The notes beneath the pieces are model-generated. The model saw nothing but the letters and a program-made list of their open reading frames with translations. It was not told the origin of the DNA and ran no database searches. DNA of 63,674 nucleotides, the filler included, from Octopus bimaculoides (taxonomy: Eukaryota), in the NCBI RefSeq assembly GCF_001194135.2. It is 6 parts of 6 records of this genome, joined end to end, with 100 filler letters (N's around TTAATTAATTAA, not from the genome) between each part and the next. Parts side by side here need not be neighbours in the genome. Positions count along the whole stretch, not along the records: positions 1 to 17,191 come from NC_068994.1; 5 more parts are not named here. The stretch is one strand, 5' to 3'. Each line of letters starts with the position of its first letter. Positions within the stretch are counted from its first letter, which is position 1. The position numbers were made by a program, and so were the translations under genes. This document shows positions 1 through 11,346 of this stretch, one piece after another.

Positions 1-172
1 ATATATATGTATGTATATATATAAATATATATATACACATATATTAATATATAATATATATCATATAAATATTTATGTATGAATGAAAGTATATATACAT
101 ATATCTTACCAGTCGGCACAGCACCAATTTCTTGTAGCGATGTGGTGGAGGATGTTTAATTCAAGCAACAAG

Positions 173-174
<2 letters not shown>

Positions 175-222
<48 letters not shown>

Positions 223-275
223 CATGATTGTTGTTGTTGTTGTTGTTCTTCTCCTCCTCCTCCTCCTCCTCCTCT
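175..275. repeat. Compound microsatellite (ATT)n-(GTT)n-(CTC)n
   Basis: Direct trinucleotide runs; explains the poly-I/V/L ORF at 83..349. Confidence 0.95.
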
Positions 276-410
276 ATTTTCAATTCAGTAATGAAAGACA
301 TTCCAGTTGTGACTTCCCCGCCTTGCTAAGTGTTTATAGGATACATTAAATGGCAGTGAAGTAGTAAGGTCGTTAGAGCGTTAGATGAAATGCCTTCCGC
401 CAAGTCAGCT

Positions 411-710
411 TTCTTTTATTCTTTAACTTGTTTCCCTGCGGTCATGCTGGAGCACCACTGCAGTCATGCTGGAGCACCACTGCGGTCATGCTGGAACACC
501 ACGTAGGAGTTCCTTTCTCAATTTCAGTCAAAGTGCAAGAGTTCCTTGACTTTTTTTCGACAGGGGAAACAACAATTAGAAGGACAGGCAAAACAAGACG
601 GGTGATTCTTGGCTTACTTTCATCAGTCAAGTCCAAGAAGTCACGGACACCATCATGAAGGGTTTTTAGTCAAATAAATCGACTGCAGGACTTATATTTT
701 TAAAGTCTAG
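411..710 (-). mobile_element. SINE family A 3' tail, interrupted, with 3x22-bp internal tandem duplication
   Basis: Matches the tails at 9772-9965, 22060-22262 and 61095-61445. Unit ctgcggtcatgctggagcacca occurs x3 at 436-501, then a ~155-bp insert, and the SINE resumes at tgaagggtttttagtc (~656). Confidence 0.75.
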
Positions 711-714
711 AAAA

Positions 715-1100
715 GCTAACGACCAAAATGGATGGACGAATGTTGAGGATGAATGAGGATGGATGAGGAGAGGATGATGGCAGAAGTAGTGGGCAGCAGA
801 ACCAGAGGCAGACCTCGGTTTGTGTGGATGGATGGAGTGAGGAAAGCTTTGGTGGTTAGAGGTGTGGGAGTGAGAAAGGCAAGAGAGTTTATAAATGATA
901 GGAAAGCTTGGAGAGTGTTTGTGGACGGATGAATGAATTTGATGTTGCTCAAAGGGGTAACAGAACCAGCATGATGCGGTGGGGTAAACCAGTATACGCT
1001 GTCGGGCCCCACTGCTGATATTGGGGGTTGCGTTCTATGCCTTGACCCGAGCATAGAACGGGGTCCGCCTCTTTGAGCTGGGAAATGAATGGAAAAAATG
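715..1100 (+). mobile_element. RTE-clade LINE 3' end (ORF C-terminus plus 3'UTR)
   Basis: 774-932 reads MMAEVVGSRTRGRPRFVWMDGVRKALVVRGVGVRKAREFINDRKAWRVFVDG*, the RGRPRxxWxDxV...RxxWR C-terminal signature of RTE ORFs. Confidence 0.8.
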
Positions 1101-1134
1101 GGGAAAAGACCTGGGTATAGGTATGTATGTACTT

Positions 1135-1250
1135 TATTCTTATTTCTTTATTGCCCACAAGGGGCTAAACATAGAGGGGACAAACAAGGACAGACAAACG
1201 GATTAAGTCGATTATATCGACCCCAGTGCGTAACTGGTACTTAATTTATC
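1135..1250 (-). mobile_element. SINE family B 3' part, truncated by gap
   Basis: tcgaccccagtgcgtaactggtacttaatttatc is shared with the copies at 7085, 43945 and 19905. Confidence 0.75.
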
Positions 1251-1786
1251 NNNNNNNNNNNNNNNNNNNNNNNNNNNNNNNNNNNNNNNNNNNNNNNNNN
1301 NNNNNNNNNNNNNNNNNNNNNNNNNNNNNNNNNNNNNNNNNNNNNNNNNNNNNNNNNNNNNNNNNNNNNNNNNNNNNNNNNNNNNNNNNNNNNNNNNNNN
1401 NNNNNNNNNNNNNNNNNNNNNNNNNNNNNNNNNNNNNNNNNNNNNNNNNNNNNNNNNNNNNNNNNNNNNNNNNNNNNNNNNNNNNNNNNNNNNNNNNNNN
1501 NNNNNNNNNNNNNNNNNNNNNNNNNNNNNNNNNNNNNNNNNNNNNNNNNNNNNNNNNNNNNNNNNNNNNNNNNNNNNNNNNNNNNNNNNNNNNNNNNNNN
1601 NNNNNNNNNNNNNNNNNNNNNNNNNNNNNNNNNNNNNNNNNNNNNNNNNNNNNNNNNNNNNNNNNNNNNNNNNNNNNNNNNNNNNNNNNNNNNNNNNNNN
1701 NNNNNNNNNNNNNNNNNNNNNNNNNNNNNNNNNNNNNNNNNNNNNNNNNNNNNNNNNNNNNNNNNNNNNNNNNNNNNNNNNNNNNN

Positions 1787-1850
<64 letters not shown>

Positions 1851-2282
1851 TCCCATTCTCATTCTTCTCTATTTCTCAACACCTCCGTCGTCTCCCTTTC
1901 TATCATATTTCATCGGTGATTCACCCTGGATATAGGAAGCAGAATATCATAATGATTATGATGATGATGATGATGATGATGATGTTGATGAGGGGAAAAG
2001 AAATGAAGATGGCTTTGGGGGGAGGTTGGGGTTTAGCAAGGAGACGGAGTCGAAGCAGAGGTTTACTTGGTGCCAATTAATTAAACGACTTGTGATAGAG
2101 GAGGTACGAAAGAAAAAAAAACAAAACAATAATAAATAACAGAGTAAACAAACAAACAAACAACAACAACAACAACATCGTTAATAATTGATTTAACGCT
2201 AATGATGACAACAACACTATCATCATTAATAATAATATTAACACTAATGAGAAGAAGAAAAAGAACAACAACAACAATAATG

Positions 2283-2335
<53 letters not shown>

Positions 2336-2574
2336 GATAAAATGGTCAAGTCCATAAGAACTGAGAAGTAAATCTTTGGAAACGTAGTTAAAGGTCCTAA
2401 TTAAAACACCCGATCTTTCATAGACATCTAAATGGGAATGATGTATGTTCATACATACGCGTACAAAGATAGAGAGAGAGAGAGATACACATACCTGTAT
2501 ATATATGTATATATGGGTGGGAGTGTGTGTGACTATACATACATATATACATATAAATGTACATTCGTGTAGGG

Positions 2575-2723
2575 GGCAGGCGTGGCTGTGTCGTAAGAAA
2601 CTTGCTTCCCAACCACATGGTTCCGGGTTCAGTCCCACGGCGTGGCACCTTGGGTAAATGTCTTCCGTTATAGCCTCTGGCCAACCAAACGCTTGTGAGT
2701 GGATTTGGTAGACGAAACTGAAA
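2575..2723 (+). mobile_element. tRNA-derived SINE family A (head and core)
   Basis: A-box-like tggctgtgtcg, B-box-like gggttcagtccc, then the CORE-like caccttgggtaaatg. More than 10 related copies in the window. Confidence 0.85.
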
Positions 2724-2827
2724 TTGTGAAGGGGACTGCAGACTCGAACCCATGCTTATTTATCGATCTGAAAATCCTCGTGTTTCAAAAGGAACTGATT
2801 AGACGAAACTTCCTGTAATCTGGAAGC

Positions 2828-2864
2828 ATGGCAGAAAGAGTTTTGGTAGCCCAATCGCTAGGTG
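2828..2864 (+). CDS. Candidate first coding exon MAERVLVAQSLG(G), unidentified
   Basis: Strong Kozak (agcATGg), canonical donor G|GTAAGT at 2865 and ETS-like acttcc at 2808. No homology recognised. Confidence 0.25.
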
Positions 2865-4682
2865 GTAAGTTGTGCAAACTCCAAATGAGAAGGGGCAGAT
2901 AATCTTATGAATCAAGTATTCTCCAAACTTGGTATGACATAAAGGAAAATGTCTTAAGTCAAGTGGACAGCCGTCCGCTCGTGTTTCTGATTCAGTAGGC
3001 GTCTTCAGCACAGCAATGTGTTATCTTTTTTGTTTTTTTAAAGCAGACGAGACACTTAGACATACGAAAGGGTTAGGACAGATTTAACGCCTAGATAAGT
3101 TAAATGAATCGGAAATGAATATGGACAAATAACTTGTAATGGAACACGTTGTTATCGTCGCTCTTGCAGTGATAGTAGTACCGTGGTTGCCGTTGGTGTT
3201 GGCGTTGGTGGTGTTGGTGGTAGTGTTGGTGGTGGTGTTGGTGTTGGTGGGGGTGTTGGTGGTGGTGGTGATGTTGTTGGTGGTGTTTGTAAAAGTTAAT
3301 CTTGTTGACTACAATCAGCTTTGAAGAGACAATCTATTTTCAAGACACTTTGTAATCAAAAGAAAAGAAACCAGTAAAACAATTAAATGCTGAATAAATG
3401 TCGCTTTTTACGTTGTAACTCAGTACAGACTGGAAGTTCAAGAGGAGAAGAAATTAAACGTTTATAGCTTTATTCGAATGAAAGACGTATTGTCGGTATT
3501 TTTGCTAAAGAATAAGCCAAAAAGAATAAGCAGCCCTCTGTTAAGCATCTATTAATGTTATATCGCTGAAGAAATGCCCACGGATACTACAGACTACACT
3601 GTAATCATCCTAGAAATATGGACTATGATCTTAAGAGACATGTGATTTGTAGAAACGCGCGTAGTGATGCATTAAATGCTTATAAATTCCATCCAAGGAT
3701 TATTGTTATTATTACTATATTCATCCTATATTATATCGGTACAGATCGATGCGACCCTCAAGAAAACTGGTTCACTAGTCAGCATCATTAGAATGTGACC
3801 GGAATAATGGAGGGTTTATTTGATTATTCAAAACATTNNNNNNNNNNNNNNNNNNNNNNNNNNNNNNNNNNNNNNNNNNNNNNNNNNNNNNNNNNNNNNN
3901 NNNNNNNNNNNNNNNNNNNNNNNNNNNNNNNNNNNNNNNNNNNNNNNNNNNNNNNNNNNNNNNNNNNNNNNNNNNNNNNNNNNNNNNNNNNNNNNNNNNN
4001 NNNNNNNNNNNNNNNNNNNNNNNNNNNNNNNNNNNNNNNNNNNNNNNNNNNNNNNNNNNNNCATATATATACATACCTACATATACACACAGGATAAGCA
4101 GAAGCAGGATAAATAGAACTCAATATATGGGTATATATATATTTTGTAATTTTGTAATTTTTAATGGGCAGAAAGTTCCTTAGAAATGAACGAAACAAAA
4201 CAGTAAGCGGCGGAGAGGTGCTGATTTTCTTTCATACACTAATCATTAAAAATATTTATTATAGCATTGATACATAAAGACAGGAAATCCTGCTAATACA
4301 TCGTTGTGCCCCGTGTGTTTAATATGTTACAGAAATAATTCATAGTTTATGATATTTCCTCTGACGTCTTCTCATTAATTGCTCGCTTTAGAAATCTCAT
4401 AAAAACGAAGAAAGGTATATCAGAGACTATTATGTATTTAATTGTTAATATGATCATAAAAGGGTGATGACCGCATATTTTTATCACTTATTCAGGAGGT
4501 TAAAGGCAAGTGACCTTAGGAGGTCTTAGGGAAATTTAGCAAGGTGGAACAAAGCTATTTTAAAGCACCGCGATGATGATGGGGGACGAAACTCCCTAAA
4601 AAAGAGCTCAACACTTTTTTTCCTCTTTTTTTTTTAGGGATGAGGCCCAACAAATTGGATCCATTGCCCCACTTCGCCTCTG

Positions 4683-5023
4683 CTGAATGATTTAGAAGTT
4701 CGCTTCGCAACTATGAAGCTTCAAGGTCGATCCCACTGCTGGCCGTCTCTGACAAATATGTCCTTTCCTATAACCTCGGGTTGACCCGTCCTTTATCTGT
4801 GAAATTTGGAAGAGGGAAACTGTATAGAAGCCCGTTAGATGGACTGCACATGTAATTCAAAACAGACAGCCTTGTCACATACTGTGTCACACGGATTCTG
4901 ACCGAGAATTACGTTAAGAATGCACGTGACGGTGGACTGCTCAGCTACATACACCTTAATTCAGGAGCAAACGATTCTGCCGATCAAACAATTGAATCCT
5001 CATCGTCCAACGACGAAGGTCCA
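4683..5023 (+). mobile_element. SINE with family-A-like head and a different tail (family D)
   Basis: Degenerate A head; the tail (gagaattacgttaag...ctcagc...) is homologous to the reverse complement of 42115-42460. Confidence 0.7.
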
Positions 5024-5074
5024 CCAGACCCCCGCCTCCTGTAAAACATGCCATATAAGAAATCAGTTCTTTTA

Positions 5075-5141
5075 CCGGGAATCGAACTCATGACCTTACG
5101 ATCGTGCGCAAACTGCCCTGACCACTTAGCCACGCGCCTTC
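5075..5141 (-). mobile_element. tRNA-like SINE head fragment
   Basis: Reverse complement reads ggcgcgtggctaagtggtcagggcag...gagttcgattcccgg (A and B boxes). Confidence 0.6.
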
Positions 5142-5599
5142 GCATAGACTAATACACACGAACACACACAAACATACATGCTCACTCACGGAAGCATATA
5201 TACAAACATACATGCAGACACACACATACATACACAGACACGAGCGCGCGCACACACAGAGCCAAATACTCGTATACACGCACGCACGCACACAGTCACA
5301 GACACACACACAAACACGCACGTACGCACGAAATAAAAGCTGAAGCACAAATCCGGATAAACGGATCGCCTGAAGAGTGTATCCTGTTTATCAATTTAGC
5401 TGGGAATTGAAGTAGCTTGGACGGCTGTCGAAAATAATATAAATGCATGTTTGAATGAAACTTCAAACTAATTTCTTTACGTTCGTTTGTAACGACGATC
5501 ACACACGTGTGACATATTTCGTTACATTACGATATAGTGACATTTTCGAGCAATTAAAAAGAATTATGTCAAGTGTTAGTGTTATTTAAAGTCGCACTA

Positions 5600-5789
5600 T
5601 TTATTTGCCAGCATGCACGGCAAACACCCACGCCGCGGAAGTATATTGCGTCTGTTGCGTGATTTGCCTTCTGAAGGTGTTTCTACGCCAGAGACTGGTC
5701 CTTCTCTTTGGGGCTAGAAAATATGTCAGTCGAACCGATTCAAGGATTACTGGCCGCATCTCTAAAGCTCAAATGCGACAAATACACAC
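5600..5789 (+). promoter_or_regulatory. CpG-enriched promoter-like segment with candidate first exon (MSVEPIQGLLAASLKLKCDKYT, 5723-5789)
   Basis: ETS motif gcggaagt at 5635-5642, local CpG enrichment, ATG with A at -3, donor-like gtaatg at 5790. Confidence 0.25.
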
Positions 5790-6019
5790 GTAATGGCGTA
5801 TTGCTCCCACATATGAGACGGTGTTACGACTGATGCGGCCACTACTGTCATTGTTGCATGCACCCGTAAATGCATATTTATGTGTACATGCGCGCATGTG
5901 TGTGTGTGTGTGTATGGATGCATGCGTGCATGGTTGTATGAATGTCCGTTCGTACATACGTGTGAATGGAACGATCGCTGAATCGATGGATTCATGCACT
6001 TTCGTTCGTACATACCTAC

Positions 6020-6050
<31 letters not shown>

Positions 6051-6114
6051 TGTATGTATGTATGTATTGTATGTATTATGTATGTAATGTATGTTTGTAT
6101 GTATGTAATGTATG

Positions 6115-6232
6115 TATGTCATTATTCTGTTTATTCAAGATTTCTGTTTATTGCCAACAGAGAAAGAACCGGTTTCTAACCTAGATCCAAGGCTTCTTCA
6201 TTGGAATTTCATCAACAACAGGGTATTTTTGT
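6115..6232 (+). mobile_element. Microsatellite-embedded interspersed repeat (family G), copy 1
   Basis: gtcattattc...tttctaacctagatccaaggct...caacaacagggtattttt recurs at 32355-32470; both copies sit in (ATGT)n/(GT)n runs. Confidence 0.75.
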
Positions 6233-6611
6233 CTGTCTGTCTGTATGTATGTATGTATGTATGTATGCATGTTTTATGTATGTATTCTCATGCGTATAGT
6301 TACATATCTAGATATGCTCATATAAATTTAAATGATAAACTTCCTGAAAGTTCATGTATGTATGTATGGATGTATGTATGTATGTATGGATGGATGGATG
6401 GATGGACGGACGGACGGACGGATGGATGCATGTGCGTTTGTATATATGTATGTAGGTATGTTCGTACGAATGTAAGTACGTACGTATATACATACGAATG
6501 TATGTACACGAATGTATGTATATACATTCGTATACGAATGTATGTATATATGCACGTCGGTAGTTATATATGCTGTGATAGTATTTTTGATTACTTATAC
6601 ATCTGGCGAGT

Positions 6612-7000
6612 CCATTAACCTATTTCGTGTCGACTCGATCGTATTTTGAATCAGCTCGTCAGTTGAACACATAGAGATATATCAGCTTTCATATTGCTTG
6701 CAGAGAAAACGAAGGGTGTTACCTGAGTAAAGGTGTAATACATATTCTTGTTAGGGCACTAGTTTAGGGCAAAATACATACTAATATTACGCAGAAGGAA
6801 AGAGAAACCTATTAATGATCGTGTTATAGGTGTTGACATGTTGTTAGATGGTTGTGTAGTGGAGTAGGGAATTTTGAAGAGAGCGGGGTTCTCATTAATT
6901 TGAGATATCCTTCCCGTAATATGTGTTTATTAATGGTTATTATAGGGTGTGACTGTTTGTAAAAACTGTAAGTGTTGAAGCTCTGTGTTGATTAGACCTG
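6612..7000 (-). mobile_element. Decayed Penelope-like element 3' region ending in a hammerhead-like motif
   Basis: Minus strand reads HILREGYLKLMRTPLSSKFPTP (resembles the PLE RT-endonuclease linker), then ends with CUGACGA...CGAAA at 6662-6623. Confidence 0.45.
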
Positions 7001-7029
7001 TGTATGTGAGACAGAGAAGAAATTATAAA

Positions 7030-7063
<34 letters not shown>

Positions 7064-7084
7064 CAGCCTCTCTGTCGTATATAA

Positions 7085-7312
7085 TGGCGGAAAGCTGGCA
7101 AAATCGTTAGTTCCGCTGGTCAAAATGCTTAGCGGCATTTCGACCGTCATTATGTTCTGAGTTCAAGTTCCGCCGAGGCTGGCGTTGCCTTTCATTCTTT
7201 CGGGAAGGGGAGGGTCGATGAAATAAGTACCAGTCGAGCACGGGGGTCGATGTAATCGACTATCCTCCTTCTTACCCCAAATCTCAGGTTTTTGAGCTTA
7301 TAGCAGAAAGGA

Positions 7313-7315
<3 letters not shown>
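7085..7315 (+). mobile_element. tRNA-derived SINE family B, near full length, with (AAT)n/(AAG)n tail
   Basis: ggcggaaagctggcaaaatcgttag head, gagttcaagttcc B box, ggggtcgatgtaatcgac body. Confidence 0.85.
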
Positions 7316-7363
<48 letters not shown>

Positions 7364-7504
7364 AAGAAGAAGAAGAAGAAGAAGAAGAAGAAGAAAAAGA
7401 AGAAGANNNNNNNNNNNNNNNNNNNNNNNAGGAGGAGGAGGAGGAGGAGGAGAAGAAGAAGAAGAAGAAGAAGAAGAAGAAGAAGAAGAAGAAGAAGAAG
7501 AATA

Positions 7505-8032
7505 ATCTTAACTGGCTTTTGATCTTAACTGATTGGAAGTGTTATCATGTACATTGTTTTGTCTTGGTATAAAAGATGGGCTACAGCAAATATTCTGTTC
7601 AATACTACAGATTTGCTTGTCAGTTGTTTGACCTTAACCATGTGCCTAAGTGGCTGACGATATGTGCATCTCTGTTCACGAGCAGAAGTAGTGGGTAAGC
7701 ATCATGGCCATGTGTTGAGAGGAATTCTTTGGGATTTGAATAATTCGCCTTTGGAATCATAGGTGTTTTGTTCATCATCCTTAAACAAACCTTATTCAGG
7801 GCCCACACAAAAGTGTGGGATAGGCTACTCGACCTGAAGAAAATTCTAACTGGGTCCCACCTGCAAGATCATGCACTGTTTATCTTGATATGAGATCACT
7901 ATGTCGCTCACATATGGTTGTGATGCATGTGCCTGGTGTACCCTTACCAGACGGGTAGTCATGATGGGTATATTGGGTTTCATATATTTGTACTCTAGTG
8001 TCAGTTTGATGGTATGCTCTGCTCTCTCACTC

Positions 8033-8033
<1 letters not shown>
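7505..8033. mobile_element. ~530-bp interspersed repeat (family E) abutting an (AAT)n array
   Basis: Its last ~150 bp recur at 45324-45470, also followed by (AAT)n. Orientation and class are undetermined. Confidence 0.65.
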
Positions 8034-8088
<55 letters not shown>

Positions 8089-8090
<2 letters not shown>

Positions 8091-8367
8091 GAGAGATTAT
8101 AAGATTCAAGGACGGATTATTAGAAAGCTTATGCATGATCCCACACCCATGGATAAGTGAATGTTTGAGTATATTCAGTATTGCTAACAACATACGGAAT
8201 TAATAAGCTTTAGCATGAAGAAATGGAAAGTAGATCTCTACTCAGGTGATACAGTCTTGAGGTAAGTTAATATCAAGAGAGGAATTTTCCAAGGAGACTC
8301 GGTATCCCCCTTAACATTTGTCTTATTTTTTAATCCACCTCAGTTTGGTATTAAGGAAGACAAAGGC
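8089..8367 (+). pseudogene. R4/Dong-like non-LTR reverse transcriptase fragment
   Basis: Frameshifted DYxKAY(D)MIPHPWISECL...MKKWK...VNIKRGIFQGDSVSPLTFV, RT motifs typical of the R4 clade. Confidence 0.75.
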
Positions 8368-8382
8368 TCTCACAAACGAGAA

Positions 8383-8635
8383 TACTAAAAACGAACCCGA
8401 CCACTCTCAAAAATTAAGTAAAAAACAAAAAAAAAAATACTCCAGAATCCTTGTCCAGGACCTGATCGATCCCAAAATCTAATCAGTTCGTGCCAGTCAC
8501 GAGGCCAAACATCCCTGAAAGTTTCATTCAGATCCATCGAGCGGTTCTTGAGGTATCTTATCCACAGACAAACAAACAAACAAAACAGACAAACGCGACT
8601 GAAAACAATGCCTCTGCCTTCGCTAAGAGAGTAAA
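8383..8635 (+). mobile_element. Non-autonomous Helentron/DINE-1-like element
   Basis: Internal (ACAA)n/(GACA) microsatellite and a partial 3' hairpin (cctctgccttcgctaagagag), an architecture typical of HINE/DINE-1 elements. Confidence 0.45.
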
Positions 8636-9199
8636 ATGAAGAAGACAAATGTCTGAAGTTAACTTGTTCGTCCAGAAAATTTGCATCGTAGAACCAAAAT
8701 GGCCACAGTCGGGTTAGTATCACAAGGGTTACAACAATCTATTTTTCATTCTTTTTTTCTACGGAATTTTGGAAAACCCACCAACAGGAAGCTTAAAATA
8801 TGAATGTAGGACTTAGGAACTCCGTCATTGGCCGAAATTTCTGTGATATTTGTAGGGGTTAGCAATGCGGAATCTACATTTGATTAGAAATTAAATGCCT
8901 TGCTGTCTTACTTGTTCATTCACCACGAAACACGTAGGTGGAATAAGCGAGTGAGTGAGTGAGTGAAGGAAGGAATGAGTGGAGGTATGAGCAGAGGAGG
9001 TGAGTGGAGCAACGACAGGGGTTTATTTATAGGGATTACAAATATAAATCGCATGCCAACGTGTCTTTGTCTATAAGAATCTTCTGCGAAACTTCCTCAT
9101 TGCTTAAAAACCAAGAAGACTGAAACGAAACACCGCAGAGATTTATATAGTTGCTCCGCCTGCTACCCGCCACCACTCCAACACCTGGCAACGAATAGC

Positions 9200-9760
9200 A
9201 TACGTGAACACACACACATACACACACACACAAACACACACACACACACACACACATACTCATACACACGTAGACACACACACATACTCATACACGCACA
9301 CACACACGCACACATACACACGCACACACACACACATACGCACACACATGCACACATACTCATACACACGTACACACACATACACACACACACGTACACA
9401 TACGCACACACATGCAAACACGCACACATACACACACACGTATACACGCACTCACACATGCACACATACACACACGCACGCCTGCACACACACACACACA
9501 TACGTATGTTTACTCCCACACACATTATAAACACAGAAACACATATACACACGTACACTCACGTATGCATATACGTATATACAGGTACGTGCATACATAT
9601 ATACACTCAGGCACACCTATGTGAATACATGCACGAGCTCTCTCTCTCTCTCTCCTTCTCTCTAACACACACACATATGTGAGCAAACACATTCGCATAT
9701 GAACACACACAGACACACGCATGTGTATACATACGCACATACACATGCATATGTACACAT
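9200..9760. repeat. Degenerate (CA)n/(CATA)n array
   Basis: Direct; source of the many CV/HT-repeat ORFs. Confidence 0.95.
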
Positions 9761-9771
9761 ACATATATTCT

Positions 9772-9965
9772 TTTATTCTTTTACTTGTTTCAGTCATTTG
9801 ACTGCGGCCATGCTGGAGCACCGCCTTTTTTAGTCAGAGAAATCGACCCCAGGACTTATCCTTTGTAAGCATGGTACTTTTCTATCGGTCTTCTCTGTCG
9901 AACCGCTAGTTTACGGGGACGTAAACACACCAACGTCGATTGTCAAGCGATGGGGTGGCGGAAAA
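9772..9965 (-). mobile_element. SINE family A 3' tail
   Basis: cttgtttcagtcatttgactgcggccatgctggagcaccgcc...ggggacgtaaacacacc. Confidence 0.85.
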
Positions 9966-10494
9966 AACACAGACACACACACACACACACACACACANNN
10001 NNNNNNNNNNNNNNNNNNNNNNNNNNNNNNNNNNNNNNNNNNNNNNNNNNNNNNNNNNNNNNNNNNNNNNNNNNNNNNNNNNNNNNNNNNNNNNNNNNNN
10101 NNNNNNNNNNNNNNNNNNNNNNNNNNNNNNNNNNNNNNNNNNNNNNNNNNNNNNNNNNNNNNNNNNNNNNNNNNNNNNNNNNNNNNNNNNNNNNNNNNNN
10201 NNNNNNNNNNNNNNNNNNNNNNNNNNNNNNNNNNNNNNNNNNNNNNNNNNNNNNNNNNNNNNNNNNNNNNNNNNNNNNNNNNNNNNNNNNNNNNNNNNNN
10301 NNNNNNNNNNNNNNNNNNNNNNNNNNNNNNNNNNNNNNNNNNNNNNNNNNNNNNNNNNNNNNNNNNNNNNNNNNNNNNNNNNNNNNNNNNNNNNNNNNNN
10401 NNNNNNNNNNNNNNNNNNNNNNNNNNNNNNNNNNNNNNNNNNNNNNNNNNNNNNNNNNNNNNNNNNNNNNNNCCACCACCACCACCACCATATA

Positions 10495-10880
10495 CATGTT
10501 CCATCAAGTGCTGAGCGACTGCTAATCATCGAAATTTTGATATTAAAGATGAGACAACAAAGCAGGAATTTAGATGCTGTCTGGCTGAACTACAAAAATA
10601 GAAGAAAAAAAAACAAACAAAAAAAAACAAAACAAAAAAAGCAGAAAAAATTTGATTCCATTGCGAATGTCCCTTCGACTTGCTAAGTAACCCCACCCCA
10701 CTCCACCCCCACCAGACCATAATCAGAACCCTAGACTTCGTCCTGGGCCACCAGACCTAAAGATAGATCCAGGAAGTAACTGCATTGTTTTTGATATAGC
10801 GAAGTATCATCACTGGGGTGTATTACAAGGAGACACTCTCTCTGCTGTTGTTTATACTGGCAATGAGCCTTCTTATCGTT
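10495..10880 (+). pseudogene. R4/Dong-like RT fragments (two blocks)
   Basis: LLIIEILILKMRQQSRNLDAVWLNYK (resembles NLxxAWxDYxKAFD) at ~10520-10598, and GVLQGDTLS / LLFILAM at ~10815-10870. Confidence 0.55.
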
Positions 10881-11259
10881 TTGTTTATTTATTTACTTAT
10901 CAATCGTTTATTTATTTATTTATTCAGGAAATCGGAACGGTATGGAATTGGCTCACAGGAAGACAGGAACACCAATTGACACATAAGTTCTTTGTAGACA
11001 ATATGATATGCCAAAAAAAAATGTTAGCGATACGAAGAAGAACAGCCTTGACCTGCTTTCAACAGTCTCAAAGGATATAAAGATGATGAATATGCCAAAA
11101 TAAATGCGCATGCGTAATTGTGAAACGAAGGAAAGTTTGGAGAGTCTAGCAGTAAAAGAAACTCTGTCATTGGTCAAATTGTTTCGCCGATATTCGACAG
11201 AGATTGTTACCGGTACCTTAGGATGGACGGACGGGGACAAACAGACACACACACACACA

Positions 11260-11346
<87 letters not shown>

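Noticed and set aside
600-640. Minus-strand CUGAUGAAAG as a hammerhead core
   Set aside because: No stem II followed by GAAA at a suitable distance.
2575-2650. SINE heads as tRNA genes
   Set aside because: They have A/B boxes but no complete cloverleaf and continue into SINE bodies.
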